The notes under the pieces are model-generated. The model was not told where the DNA came from and searched no databases. It saw only the letters and a program-made list of their open reading frames with translations. The translations under genes were made by a program, and so were the position numbers. This document shows, one piece after another, positions 39,051 to 48,921 of a DNA stretch of 64,000 nucleotides. The DNA is taken from contig OZ242214.1 of the NCBI GenBank assembly GCA_965206595.1, positions 5,536,001-5,600,000 of the forward strand, read 5' to 3'. Positions within the stretch are counted from its first letter, which is position 1. Each line of letters begins with the position of its first letter. This DNA is from Candidatus Latescibacterota bacterium. Its GTDB lineage: Bacteria; Latescibacterota; UBA2968; UBA8231.

Positions 39051-39629
39051 GTGAACCCTGTCTGTGAATCCTGCAAGGAGCGCGAGGCGACGATTCTGTT
39101 CAGGCATATTCGCGGCAACGAGAAACGCACCCTCCGTCTGTGCTCTTGGTGCGTTTCGCAGAGGGCCCGGGAGTCCGAGGGAGAGTCCCCGGCACCTGCA
39201 GCCTCCGGCGCCGAGGGGCCGGAGACTCCGCCGAAGAAGCCGGCGGCCAAACAGATCAACGTGGTCGTCGGCCACTTGTCGCTGTCGGAGCCGGCCGAGC
39301 AGGTGGAATGCAGCGAGTGCGGAATGACCTACAAGGAGTTCCGCAAGGTCGGCCGCCTCGGGTGCAGCCGCTGCTACTCGGCTTTTTCCGCACAGCTCGA
39401 GCGCCTGTTCAAGCGCATCCACGGTGCCGCGCGCCACGAGGGGAAAGGGCCGCGGCCCTCCTCCCCCGAGTTCGGGGATGAATGGCAGAAGCTGAGAGAG
39501 GCATTGCGCAAAGCGGTCGCCGAGGAGGCGTACGAGAAGGCGGCCGCCATCAGGGACCGGATCGCCCAGCTGGAGGCGTCGGGAGGAACGGGGGCCTCGG
39601 GTGGGGATGCCGGCAGGTCGGAACCGTGA
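39051..39629 (+). CDS. mcsA: Protein-arginine kinase activator
   Basis: Four CxxC motifs, GRLGCSRCY, IHG..H.GK.P and a UVR domain (EAYEKAAAIRDRI). Confidence 0.9.
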   Translation: MNPVCESCKEREATILFRHIRGNEKRTLRLCSWCVSQRARESEGESPAPAASGAEGPETPPKKPAAKQINVVVGHLSLSEPAEQVECSECGMTYKEFRKVGRLGCSRCYSAFSAQLERLFKRIHGAARHEGKGPRPSSPEFGDEWQKLREALRKAVAEEAYEKAAAIRDRIAQLEASGGTGASGGDAGRSEP

Positions 39630-40693
39630 ACTTCGACGCGCTCATCCAGTCGATGCCGGTCTGGCAGAGCGGCGCCGGCGACGAGGACGGAATCGTCGTC
39701 AGCTGCCGGGCCAGGCTGGCCCGCAATCTCGCCGGTTTCCCCTTCGAGACGAAGATCACCGATGCGGGGCGTGACGGGGTGATCGAGAAGGTCCTGGCGG
39801 CTGCCAAGAACTGCCCGCAGATGGACGGTTCCACCTTCTACGACATGAGCGCCCTCGACGGCAACGAGCGCAGAGTGCTGGTGGAAAGGCACCTGATAAG
39901 CCCGGCCCTCGCCGGCGGCAAGGGGCAGCGGGGGGTTCTGTTCAACACCGAGGAATCGCTCAGTGTCATGATGAACGAGGAAGATCACCTGCGCTTGCAG
40001 GCGATCTTCCCCGGGCTCGACGCGACCGGCGCCTGGTCCGCGGCGAACACTCTCGACGACGAGCTCTGCCGCGTGCTCGAGTACGTCTATTCGCCGGAGC
40101 TCGGCTTCCTCACCGCCTGCCCCACGAATACGGGGACGGGACTTCGCATGTCAGTGCTGGTTCACCTTCCCGGACTGGTGCTGACCGAGGACATGGAGAA
40201 GGTGGTCCAGGGACTTAACCAGTTGTCCTTCGCGGTCCGGGGAGTGTACGGGGAAGGCAGCAATCCCGCCGGCAACCTGTTCCAGCTCTCCAACCAGTCG
40301 ACGCTGGGCCCGGGGGAGGGGAAGATCGTCGAGGTGCTGCTGCGGCTGGCCGGGCAGGTGGTCGAGTTCGAACGCAACGCCCAGAAAACGCTGCTCCACG
40401 AAGCACGCTCCCGGATCGAGGACAAGGTGTGGCGGGCATACGGTTTGCTGTCGCAGGCACGGGTGCTGAGCAGCCAGGAGTTCATGAACCTGCTGTCCGC
40501 GGTGCGGCTCGGCTACAGCACCGGCCTGATCCGAAAGGTGACGCCGAGGTTTCTGAATCAACTGATGGTGGTCACCCAGCCCTCCCACCTGCAGGCGGCT
40601 GCTGGAAGGGCCCTGGAGCCGGAAGAGAGGGATGTTCGGCGCGCCGAAATGGTCCGTCAAAAACTGTCGGAATCCGCAGCCGAACAGCCGTAG
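39626..40693 (+). CDS. mcsB: Protein-arginine kinase
   Basis: RLARNL, LVERHLIS, NEEDHLR, LTACPTNTGTGLR, VRGVYGEGS and FQLSNQ. Confidence 0.95.
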   Translation: MNFDALIQSMPVWQSGAGDEDGIVVSCRARLARNLAGFPFETKITDAGRDGVIEKVLAAAKNCPQMDGSTFYDMSALDGNERRVLVERHLISPALAGGKGQRGVLFNTEESLSVMMNEEDHLRLQAIFPGLDATGAWSAANTLDDELCRVLEYVYSPELGFLTACPTNTGTGLRMSVLVHLPGLVLTEDMEKVVQGLNQLSFAVRGVYGEGSNPAGNLFQLSNQSTLGPGEGKIVEVLLRLAGQVVEFERNAQKTLLHEARSRIEDKVWRAYGLLSQARVLSSQEFMNLLSAVRLGYSTGLIRKVTPRFLNQLMVVTQPSHLQAAAGRALEPEERDVRRAEMVRQKLSESAAEQP

Positions 40694-40711
40694 AGAGGGG
40701 AGCAACCCTGC

Positions 40712-40740
40712 TTGACAGGCAAATGTGGGAAGGCTAGGTT
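40712..40740 (+). promoter_or_regulatory. Possible internal sigma70 promoter for clpC
   Basis: TTGACA, 17-nt spacer, TAGGTT, upstream of RBS AGGAGG. Confidence 0.4.
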
Positions 40741-40773
40741 CGGAAAACAACGAAAGGGCGTAGGAGGTTGTAA

Positions 40774-43245
40774 ATGAATAACATGTTTACAGATGGCGTA
40801 AAAAGGGTGATGCAGTATGCCCGCGAAGAATCGGCGCGGCTGGGACACAATTACATAGGTACCGAACACCTGCTTCTGGGCATCATCAAGGAAGGCAAGG
40901 GCAAGGCGGTAACGGTTCTCGCCAACCTCGGGTTGAACCTCGATACGGTAAAGCAGTCTGTAGAGGATTACGTCGCCACCTCAGGCGGCACGATGACGAT
41001 CGGCGAGGTGCCCTTTACCCCCAGGGCCAAACAGATACTCGAAGTGGCCGCCAACGAGGCGAAGGAGATGAAGACGCAGTTCGTCGACATCGAGCATCTC
41101 CTGCTTGCGCTCCTGAAAGACAAGGAGGGGGTGGCGGCCCAGATACTCGCGGCCTTCGGAGTGGACTTCAAGACCGCCATGGAAGAGACCGTTGCGGTGC
41201 TCGAAGGCAAGTCCAGCAGCCAGAAAGAGAAGGGGAAGAAGAGCAAGACCCCCTTCCTCGACCACTTCGGCCGCGACCTGACGCAGCTCGCCCGGGAGGG
41301 CAAGCTCGACCCCGTCATCGGCCGCGAAAAGGAGATCGAGCGCGTCACCCAGATCCTCAGCCGCCGCAAGAAGAACAACCCCATTCTCATCGGCGACCCC
41401 GGGGTCGGCAAGACCGCCATCGTCGAGGGCCTGGCCCAGCGCATCGTCGAAAAGCGGGTTCCCCAGATTCTGCTCGACAAGCGCCTGGTCACCCTCGATA
41501 TGGGCGGCGTCGTCGCCGGGACCAAGTACCGGGGCCAGTTCGAGGAGCGCATCAAGGCGGTGCTCAACGAGCTGCATCAGAATCACGACGTGGTGATCTT
41601 CATCGACGAGCTGCACACCATAGTCGGCGCCGGCAGCGCCGAGGGCACGCTCGATGCCTCCAACATGTTCAAACCCGCCCTGTCCCGGGGAGAGCTGCAG
41701 TGCATCGGGGCCACCACTCTCGATGAGTACCGCAAGTACATCGAGAAGGACGGCGCCCTCGAACGTCGCTTTCAGAGCATCATGGTCGATCCCCCGTCCA
41801 TGGAGGACACCGTGGAGATCGTCAAGGGATTGCGGTCGAACTACGAAGCCCACCATCACGTCAAGTTCTCCGACGACGTCATCGCCTTCGCCGTTCGTCA
41901 GGCCGACCGCTACATATCGGACCGCTACCTGCCGGACAAGGCGATCGATGTCATCGACGAGACAGGGTCGCGGGTGCACCTTGCCCGGCTCAGTCCTCCC
42001 GAGGAGATCGGCAAGCTCGAAGCGGAGATCCAGGAAATCGAGCGCAGCAAGCTGGAGTGTTCCGAGAAGCAGGAGTTCGAGGAGGCTGCGCGCCTCCGCG
42101 ACGAAGCCCACCGCCTTCGCGAATCTCTGCAGCAGAAACGGCGGGCCTGGGAAGAGGAGGTGAGAAGCGAGGTCGTCGAGGTCAGCGAAGACGATATCGC
42201 CGAAGTGGTTTCCAGCGTCTCAGGAGTCCCGATCCAGAGGCTGGCGGCAAGCGAGAGCGAGCGGCTTCTGGCCATGGAGGACGAGCTCAGGAAGGTGGTG
42301 GTGGGGCAGGAGCAGGCGATCGCCACGATCTCGAAGGCGATCCGCAGAAGTCGCGCCGGCCTTCAGGATCCCAAGCGCCCCATCGGTTCGTTCATTTTTC
42401 TGGGTCCCACGGGGGTGGGCAAGACCTATCTGGCCGCCAAGCTCGCCGAGTTCCTGTTCGGCGACGAAGAGGCCCTGATCGCCGTCGACATGTCCGAGTA
42501 CATGGAGAAGTTCTCGGTGTCGAGGCTGATCGGCGCGCCTCCCGGCTACGTCGGGTTCGACGAGGGGGGACAGCTGACCGAGCGTGTGCGGCGGCGCCCG
42601 TATTCGGTGGTGCTGCTCGACGAGATCGAGAAGGCCCATCCGGACGTCTTCAACATCCTCCTGCAGATCCTCGACGAGGGGCGCCTGACCGACAGCACGG
42701 GTCGCAGGGTGGATTTCCGCAACACCGTGATGATCATGACCTCCAACGTCGGCAGTCGCGAAGTCGGCAGCGGCGGCGTGCTGGGCTTCCAGAAGGCGGA
42801 TGCGGACAGCTACCAGCAGGTGATGGAAAACAAGATTACCGACGCGATGAAGAAGACCTTCAACCCGGAGTTCCTGAATCGCATCGACGACGCCGTCGTT
42901 TTCCACGCCCTGCGCAAGGAGGACATCGCCGCCATCGTCGACATCACCCTCGGTGAGTTCAAGGAGCGCCTGGGGCATCGCGGCATCGCGGTGAGGATCA
43001 CCCCGGGGGCCAAGAACCTGATCGCCGAAAAAGGGTTCGATCTGGCATTCGGCGCACGTTACCTCAAGCGCACTGTCCAGAAGCTGCTCGAGGACCCGCT
43101 TGCGGAGGAGATCCTCCAGGGCCGCTTCAGCGAGGGTAGCCGAATCAGGGTCACCAAGAAGGGTGAGGAGCTCGTATTCGACGACGAACGGGAAAACGCC
43201 GAGGTCGTCGAACCGGGGAGCAGGTCCGCTGGCAAAGAGGGGTAG
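40774..43245 (+). CDS. clpC: ATP-dependent Clp protease ATPase subunit
   Basis: Double Clp-N repeats, [12 protein letters not shown]-domain, GPTGVGKT and a ClpP-docking loop (VLGF). Confidence 0.96.
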   Translation: MNNMFTDGVKRVMQYAREESARLGHNYIGTEHLLLGIIKEGKGKAVTVLANLGLNLDTVKQSVEDYVATSGGTMTIGEVPFTPRAKQILEVAANEAKEMKTQFVDIEHLLLALLKDKEGVAAQILAAFGVDFKTAMEETVAVLEGKSSSQKEKGKKSKTPFLDHFGRDLTQLAREGKLDPVIGREKEIERVTQILSRRKKNNPILIGDPGVGKTAIVEGLAQRIVEKRVPQILLDKRLVTLDMGGVVAGTKYRGQFEERIKAVLNELHQNHDVVIFIDELHTIVGAGSAEGTLDASNMFKPALSRGELQCIGATTLDEYRKYIEKDGALERRFQSIMVDPPSMEDTVEIVKGLRSNYEAHHHVKFSDDVIAFAVRQADRYISDRYLPDKAIDVIDETGSRVHLARLSPPEEIGKLEAEIQEIERSKLECSEKQEFEEAARLRDEAHRLRESLQQKRRAWEEEVRSEVVEVSEDDIAEVVSSVSGVPIQRLAASESERLLAMEDELRKVVVGQEQAIATISKAIRRSRAGLQDPKRPIGSFIFLGPTGVGKTYLAAKLAEFLFGDEEALIAVDMSEYMEKFSVSRLIGAPPGYVGFDEGGQLTERVRRRPYSVVLLDEIEKAHPDVFNILLQILDEGRLTDSTGRRVDFRNTVMIMTSNVGSREVGSGGVLGFQKADADSYQQVMENKITDAMKKTFNPEFLNRIDDAVVFHALRKEDIAAIVDITLGEFKERLGHRGIAVRITPGAKNLIAEKGFDLAFGARYLKRTVQKLLEDPLAEEILQGRFSEGSRIRVTKKGEELVFDDERENAEVVEPGSRSAGKEG

Positions 43246-43296
43246 CAGTAAAAGACCGCACTGTTGACGGCCGCGCTGCGGCTTGCGCCATTCGAT

Positions 43297-43342
43297 AAGC
43301 CGTTTTGTCCAGAGGCGAACATCCTGGATAGAACGGCTTTTT
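43297..43342 (+). terminator. Rho-independent terminator between clpC and bamA
   Basis: AAGCCGTTTTGTCCAG...CTGGATAGAACGGCTT followed by TTT. Confidence 0.65.
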
Positions 43343-43373
43343 GGATTCCGGCGCTCTTTCTTCGGAGGGTTCC

Positions 43374-45677
43374 ATGTATCCCATTCTCACATTCATGCGT
43401 TTCGGTCCGGCTGTCGCTGCGTTTTTCGCCGCGGCCTGGGTCGGGACCGCAAGCGCGCAAAACGTGATCTCGGAGGTCGAGATTCGGGGCGAGTTGCGCC
43501 GCGTCGCCCCATCCCTGATCCGTTCCACCCTGGGACTGGCGGAAGGAGTTGAGCTCTCGCAGGAGAACGTCCAGGAGGCGATCCGGGCGCTGCAGGGCCT
43601 CAACGTATTCGAAGACATCCAGGTGTGGGGCCAGGAAGCCGCGGAGGGGGTGAAGGTCATCGTCGTGGTGACGGAGTACCCCGCCCTCGAGGGAATTCGC
43701 TTCAAAGGGCAAAAGGAGCTGAAGGAGAAAGAGATGAAGGAGGCCCTCGGCCTCGTCATCGGCCAGGTCATGGCGCCGAGGGACATCGCCCGGGGGCGTC
43801 AGAAAATCCTCGATTTGTACAAGGACAAGGGGTATCTCCGGGCCGAAGTGGAGGGCCAGATATTCGACGCCGACGAGGAGGGCAAGGTCTACCTTCATTA
43901 CGATATCGACGAAGGGGACAAGGTGAGGATCCAGACCATCACCTTCACCGGCAACGAGGCGCTCGGCGACGGCAAGTTGAAGAAACAGATGGAGACCAAG
44001 GAAAACCGCTGGTGGCGCAAGGGGGAGTTCAAACCGGAGGTCTTCGAGGAGGACAAGCAGAAGCTGGTCGCCTATTTCCGCAGCGAGGGGTATCAGCAGG
44101 CGCACATCGTGCGCGACACGGTCTACTACGACGACACGCGCAAGAACCTGTTCATCGATCTCGAGGTGGAGGAGGGGGAGAAGTACCGGGTCGGAGCCAT
44201 CACCTGGAACGGCAACGAGCTCTTCGACGAACCCGAGCTCAGCGGCCACCTCGGCCTGGGCGAGGGGGATATCTTCAGCATGCCCTCGCCTCAGCTCGCC
44301 TTCAACGTCAAGAACGCCTACTTCGAGAAGGGCTACCTCGACACCGAGGTCATACCGAGCGAGATCACTCGGGGCGACAGCATCGACGTGCATTTCCAGA
44401 TCTACGAGGGGGAGCCGTTCAAGGTTCGCCGCATCGACATCAGGGGGAACGTCAGAACGCGCGAGAAGGTGCTGCGCCGTGAGTTGCAGCTGCACCCGGG
44501 AGCGGTCTACAAGCAGAGCGCCATGCAGGAGAGCCAGCGGCGCCTCTACATGCTGGGATACTTCAAGGATGTCCAGGTTCGCGATCAGGTCAGCCCGATC
44601 GCAGGGGACCGGACCATCGATCTCGCCTTCGAGGTGGAGGAACAGCGCACCGGGGCCGCCTCGATGGGCGCCGGGTACAGCGGCCGCGACAAGCTGGTCG
44701 GAACCATAGGGCTGCAAGTCCCCAATTTCCGCGGCAAGGGTCAGAACCTCGATTTCAGCTGGGAGTTCGGGTACCGGCGAGAGCAGTTCCTCGTCGGCTT
44801 CACCGAGCCGTGGCTGCTCGATACGCCCACCAGCTTCTCGTTCCGCGTGTACACGCTGAAGCAACAGTATTACAACGACTTCAGTTTCAAGCGCAACTCC
44901 GTCAGCATGCGGGTCGGAAGGCGCCTCGAGCGTCCGTCGAATTCCTCGGTCAGCTTGGGATACCAGCTCAGGGACGAGAAGTACAGCGACTTCGGCGAAT
45001 CCTTCGACGAGGATCTGCGCAGCTCCGGCCGCTACGCGCCGCGGACCACGAGCAGCATCGAGCTGAGCTTCCGGCGCGACACCCGCGACTTTCCGCAGTT
45101 TCCGACCTCGGGAAGCGTCGTCAGCTACACCCCGGAGGTCGCTTCCTCCTGGATCGCCGGCGACGTCGACTTCCACCGCCACGAGGTGGCCTGGAACTAC
45201 TACCGACCGCACTGGTGGAAGTTCGTCATTGCCCTCGAGTCGAAGGTCGCCTTCGTCGACGGCTTCTCCGACTGGGACGACAGCAACCTGTCGTTCTGGG
45301 ATCGCTTCACCCCGGGCGGGGTCGACTTGTGGGACGGCCAGGTGCGCGGCTATCGCGACGCCTCTCTCGGCCCCCGGGAGAACGGCACCAACGCCGGCGG
45401 GCGGTCGATGATGATCCTCAACCTCGAGTACCGGTTCCCGATTACGGAGCGCCAGGTCATCGGCCTGTTGTTCGCTGATGCCGGAAACTCATGGTTGGCA
45501 GTCACCGACCTCAACCCCACCGACCTCAAGCGCTCCATCGGCATCGGTTTCCGGGTCATGACACCGATGCTCGGGATGATCGGTTTCGACTTCGCCTACG
45601 GTTTCGACCGCCAAAGCGTCGACGGTGAGAGACCGGGCCTCCAGACGCACTTCCAGTTCGGTCCCAGGTTCTTTTAA
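43374..45677 (+). CDS. bamA: Outer-membrane protein assembly factor
   Basis: Signal peptide, POTRA repeats (GNVRTREKVLRREL), VRGY motif and C-terminal Phe. Confidence 0.95.
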   Translation: MYPILTFMRFGPAVAAFFAAAWVGTASAQNVISEVEIRGELRRVAPSLIRSTLGLAEGVELSQENVQEAIRALQGLNVFEDIQVWGQEAAEGVKVIVVVTEYPALEGIRFKGQKELKEKEMKEALGLVIGQVMAPRDIARGRQKILDLYKDKGYLRAEVEGQIFDADEEGKVYLHYDIDEGDKVRIQTITFTGNEALGDGKLKKQMETKENRWWRKGEFKPEVFEEDKQKLVAYFRSEGYQQAHIVRDTVYYDDTRKNLFIDLEVEEGEKYRVGAITWNGNELFDEPELSGHLGLGEGDIFSMPSPQLAFNVKNAYFEKGYLDTEVIPSEITRGDSIDVHFQIYEGEPFKVRRIDIRGNVRTREKVLRRELQLHPGAVYKQSAMQESQRRLYMLGYFKDVQVRDQVSPIAGDRTIDLAFEVEEQRTGAASMGAGYSGRDKLVGTIGLQVPNFRGKGQNLDFSWEFGYRREQFLVGFTEPWLLDTPTSFSFRVYTLKQQYYNDFSFKRNSVSMRVGRRLERPSNSSVSLGYQLRDEKYSDFGESFDEDLRSSGRYAPRTTSSIELSFRRDTRDFPQFPTSGSVVSYTPEVASSWIAGDVDFHRHEVAWNYYRPHWWKFVIALESKVAFVDGFSDWDDSNLSFWDRFTPGGVDLWDGQVRGYRDASLGPRENGTNAGGRSMMILNLEYRFPITERQVIGLLFADAGNSWLAVTDLNPTDLKRSIGIGFRVMTPMLGMIGFDFAYGFDRQSVDGERPGLQTHFQFGPRFF

Positions 45678-45694
45678 CCGCTCGAGAGGAGAGC

Positions 45695-46243
45695 ATGAAC
45701 AAGCTCGCGTTCCCATTACTGGCGCTGACGCTCCTGTGCGCCGCGGCAGCCGGCGCCGCCCAGAACATCGGTTACATCGACTCGGAAGTCCTGCGCGAGA
45801 AAATACCGGAGTTCAAGGACATGCAGAGGCAACTCGACCGCCTGAGGCAGCAGTACGAGCAGGAGGCGATGGACAAGCAGAGCAAGCTGGTGAAGCTGCA
45901 GGAGGACTTCCGCAAGCAGGAGCTGCTGCTGAGCGACGCCAAAAAAGCGGAGATGCAGTCGCAGTTCGAGGAGAGCACGATGCAGCTTCAGGAGTTCTCC
46001 AAGGCGAAGTTCGGACCCGCCGGCGAGCTGTTCCGCAAGAACGTCGAGCTGGCCGACCCGATCTTCACAAAGATCAACACCGCAATAGCGGAGATCGCCA
46101 AGGAGGAGGGCTTTGACTTCATTTTCGACGCCGCCACCAGCGGCGCCATCGTCTACGCCGATCCGGAGCGCTACAACCTGACCGACAAGCTGCTTGAAAG
46201 GCTGGAGAAACAGCGCGAGGAAAAGGAGACGGGGAAGCAGTGA
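45695..46243 (+). CDS. skp: Periplasmic chaperone Skp/OmpH
   Basis: Signal peptide, IGYID, coiled coil and GFDFIFD...IVYAD...NLTD. Confidence 0.9.
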   Translation: MNKLAFPLLALTLLCAAAAGAAQNIGYIDSEVLREKIPEFKDMQRQLDRLRQQYEQEAMDKQSKLVKLQEDFRKQELLLSDAKKAEMQSQFEESTMQLQEFSKAKFGPAGELFRKNVELADPIFTKINTAIAEIAKEEGFDFIFDAATSGAIVYADPERYNLTDKLLERLEKQREEKETGKQ

Positions 46244-46695
46244 CGTCGCATGAGGAAAACGGCGCCCTCGATCTCGTAGCGATAAAGGAGCTCCTTCCAC
46301 ACCGCTACCCCTTTTTGCTGGTAGACCGGGTGCTGGAATGCGAGCCGGGCAACCGCCTCGTCGGGATCAAGAACGTCACCGCCGGGGAGCCGTTCTTCCA
46401 GGGGCACTTTCCCGAGTTCCCCGTCATGCCCGGCGTCCTGGTGATCGAGTCCCTGGCGCAGGCGGGAACCGTGATGATGCTGCAGGATGCTTCCGACCGG
46501 GGCATCCTCTTTCTCGCCGGCCTCGACAAGGTCAGGTTTCGCCGGCCGGTGGTGCCGGGGGACCAGCTTCGGCTCGAGCTCCAGGTCCTGCAGAAACGTC
46601 CCGGCTCCTGCCGCCTGGCGGGCAAGGCATTCGTCGGGGAAGAGCTGGCCGCCCAGGCGGAGATCTTCGCTGTCCTGAAGCCGACCGCGTCGTAG
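46240..46695 (+). CDS. fabZ: 3-hydroxyacyl-ACP dehydratase
   Basis: LPHRYPFLLVDRV and FFQGHFP..PVMPGVLVIESLAQ. Confidence 0.95.
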   Translation: MTSHEENGALDLVAIKELLPHRYPFLLVDRVLECEPGNRLVGIKNVTAGEPFFQGHFPEFPVMPGVLVIESLAQAGTVMMLQDASDRGILFLAGLDKVRFRRPVVPGDQLRLELQVLQKRPGSCRLAGKAFVGEELAAQAEIFAVLKPTAS

Positions 46696-46712
46696 CTGCC
46701 GCCGCTTCCGGG

Positions 46713-47639
46713 ATGCCCAGACTCAATCACGTAATCGAAGCCCAGCAGTTCGACCGCCAGCTCATGGGCGAGATCTTCACCATCGCTCGCGAGATGGAAG
46801 ACGTCGTCCAGCACTACGGGTCGAACATCCTGACCCGGCGCGTTATGGCCACCCTGTTCTACGAGCCGAGCACGCGCACGCGGCTCTCGTTCGAGTCGGC
46901 GATGCGGCGCCTGGGAGGCGGGGTCCTGACTACCGAGTCCGCCCAGCAGTTCTCCTCCGCGGCCAAGGGTGAAACCCTCGAGGACACGATCCGGATCGTC
47001 GCAGGGTATGCCGACGTCATTGTGTTGCGCCATTTCGAAAGCGGGGCGAGCAGGCGGGCTGCCGGGGTCTCGCCGGTTCCCGTTCTGAACGCCGGGGACG
47101 GCGCGGGCCAGCATCCGACGCAGGCCCTCCTCGACATGTACACGATCAACCGCGAGCTCGGCAGGATGGACGGACTAGCGGTGGCGATGGTGGGAGATCT
47201 CGCCAACGGGCGCACGGTGCGCTCTCTCTGCTACCTGCTGGCCAAGTTCGATTCGCCGAGGATCTGGTTCGTCGCTCCCCCGGTCGTCCGCATGGGGGAC
47301 GATATCAAGAGCTACCTGACCCGGCACAACGTCGCTTTCGAGGAGGCGGAAGACCTCGCCTCGGTGGCCGCCGAAGTCGATGTCATCTACCAGACCAGGA
47401 TACAACGGGAGCGGTTCGGCGACCGCATCGGGGACTACGAACAGGCCCGCGGGCAGTACGTCATCGATTCCTCCATACTCGAGTGCATGAAGAAGGATGC
47501 CATCGTCATGCATCCCTTGCCACGGGTAGATGAAATCACCCAGGAGGTCGATGCCGACCCCAGGGCGGCCTATTTCCGCCAGGCGCACAACGGCCTTTAC
47601 GTGCGCATGGCCTTGCTGCGCATGGTGCTGTCGGATTGA
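46713..47639 (+). CDS. pyrB: Aspartate carbamoyltransferase catalytic chain
   Basis: FYEPSTRTRLSF, KGETLEDT, HPTQALLD, TRIQRER and MHPLPR. Confidence 0.96.
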   Translation: MPRLNHVIEAQQFDRQLMGEIFTIAREMEDVVQHYGSNILTRRVMATLFYEPSTRTRLSFESAMRRLGGGVLTTESAQQFSSAAKGETLEDTIRIVAGYADVIVLRHFESGASRRAAGVSPVPVLNAGDGAGQHPTQALLDMYTINRELGRMDGLAVAMVGDLANGRTVRSLCYLLAKFDSPRIWFVAPPVVRMGDDIKSYLTRHNVAFEEAEDLASVAAEVDVIYQTRIQRERFGDRIGDYEQARGQYVIDSSILECMKKDAIVMHPLPRVDEITQEVDADPRAAYFRQAHNGLYVRMALLRMVLSD

Positions 47640-47719
47640 GCCGGATCGGCGGCTTGACCGTTGGCTGCGCGCCGTTATATTCGGCCCCTTCGTTCGCAGG
47701 TCAACCGGGAGAGCAGTCG

Positions 47720-47833
47720 ATGTCATCGAGCAAGGGCAGAGAGAGAGAGAAGGAGCTGAGGCGCCGCCGCAAACGCCGGGAGGAGCGTATCAAGAACCGG
47801 GTAAGGAAGGCAAAGGCGGCAAGCAGGAAATAG
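47720..47833 (+). CDS. Very basic 37-aa peptide (DUF6800-like)
   Basis: RBS GGGAGAG; MSSSKGREREKELRRRRKRREERIKNRVRKAKAASRK; upstream TTGACC/TATATT and a downstream hairpin (47841-47871). Confidence 0.6.
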   Translation: MSSSKGREREKELRRRRKRREERIKNRVRKAKAASRK

Positions 47834-47954
47834 TCACAAGGCCGCGGAAACCCACATCGGTTCATCGCGGCGCGATGTTTCAAGAGAGCGGACAGCTGTC
47901 TCTGTCCGCTCTCTTTCTGTTTGCAGGGAACCGTTCGTCCGTATCGGGGAGGCC

Positions 47955-48911
47955 ATGACTCTCAGAGTTGCGGTAGCCGGGGCAACCGGCATCGGAAAGC
48001 ACCACGCCAAGTGGTACCATCGCTGGGGATGCGACGTCGTGGGGTTTCTCGGCAGCTCGGAGGAAAGCTGTTCGCGAACGGAAGCGGCCCTGCGCGAGAT
48101 CTTCCCTTTTGCCGGGCGCGGCTACACGAGCCTGGCGGCTCTGCTCGATTCCGAAGAGCCGGATCTCGTCGACGTCTGCACTCCGAACGGGATGCACTTC
48201 GAACATGCCTCCGCAGCCCTCGACGCCGGTTGCCACGTCCTCTGCGAAAAGCCGTTGGTATGGGACGACTCCTCGGTGACCCTGCTGTCGCGGGCTCGCG
48301 AGCTCCTGCAGCGTGCGCGGGCGGCCAACCGGGTTTTGGCCGTCTGCACCCAGTACGCCTCCGCCCTGCCGCGATACGAGGAGCTGTACCGGGCAGAGCG
48401 CGTAAAGCCGCCGCCCGCGTCGCGGTTTTTCGCCGCGATGGAGACCGTTGCCCGCGGCCGCAAACGGGACACCCGGGAGATCTGGATCGACATGGGGCCG
48501 CACCCGATCAGCCTGCTTCTTGCCTGGTATCCGCGGGGGGAGGTGGTTCCCGGAACCCTGCGGACGCATTTCCATGACCGCGAGGCGAGGGCGGAGTTCG
48601 AGTTCTCCACGGCTTCCGGCCGCTGCCTGGTCGACATCGCGGTTCGCGACCGTGTCGAGGGCCCTCCGGTTCGCCGTTTCGGGGTTGACGGGTTCATCCT
48701 GGAGTGCACGGGGCGGCCCGACGAGACCGGCGTCTACCGCTCCGTGCTGTCGAGCGGCCTTCGCGAGACCGTCGGAGAGGATTTCATGTCCCTGCTTATC
48801 GGGAACGTGTGCGATGTAGTCCGCGGCTCGGCTCCTCGGCTGATCGTTCCCGGCGAGCTGGGGCTGCGCAACCTCGAGCTGCAACTGCAGGTGCTGCAGT
48901 CGGCCGGCTGA
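47955..48911 (+). CDS. Gfo/Idh/MocA-family oxidoreductase
   Basis: VAVAGATGIG, DLVDVCTPNGMH, HVLCEKP and DMGPH. Confidence 0.88.
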   Translation: MTLRVAVAGATGIGKHHAKWYHRWGCDVVGFLGSSEESCSRTEAALREIFPFAGRGYTSLAALLDSEEPDLVDVCTPNGMHFEHASAALDAGCHVLCEKPLVWDDSSVTLLSRARELLQRARAANRVLAVCTQYASALPRYEELYRAERVKPPPASRFFAAMETVARGRKRDTREIWIDMGPHPISLLLAWYPRGEVVPGTLRTHFHDREARAEFEFSTASGRCLVDIAVRDRVEGPPVRRFGVDGFILECTGRPDETGVYRSVLSSGLRETVGEDFMSLLIGNVCDVVRGSAPRLIVPGELGLRNLELQLQVLQSAG

Positions 48912-48921
48912 TCGGGAGGAG

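Noticed and set aside
40968-45212. Antisense ORFs over clpC and bamA
   Set aside because: Typical non-coding mirror frames of conserved GC-rich genes.
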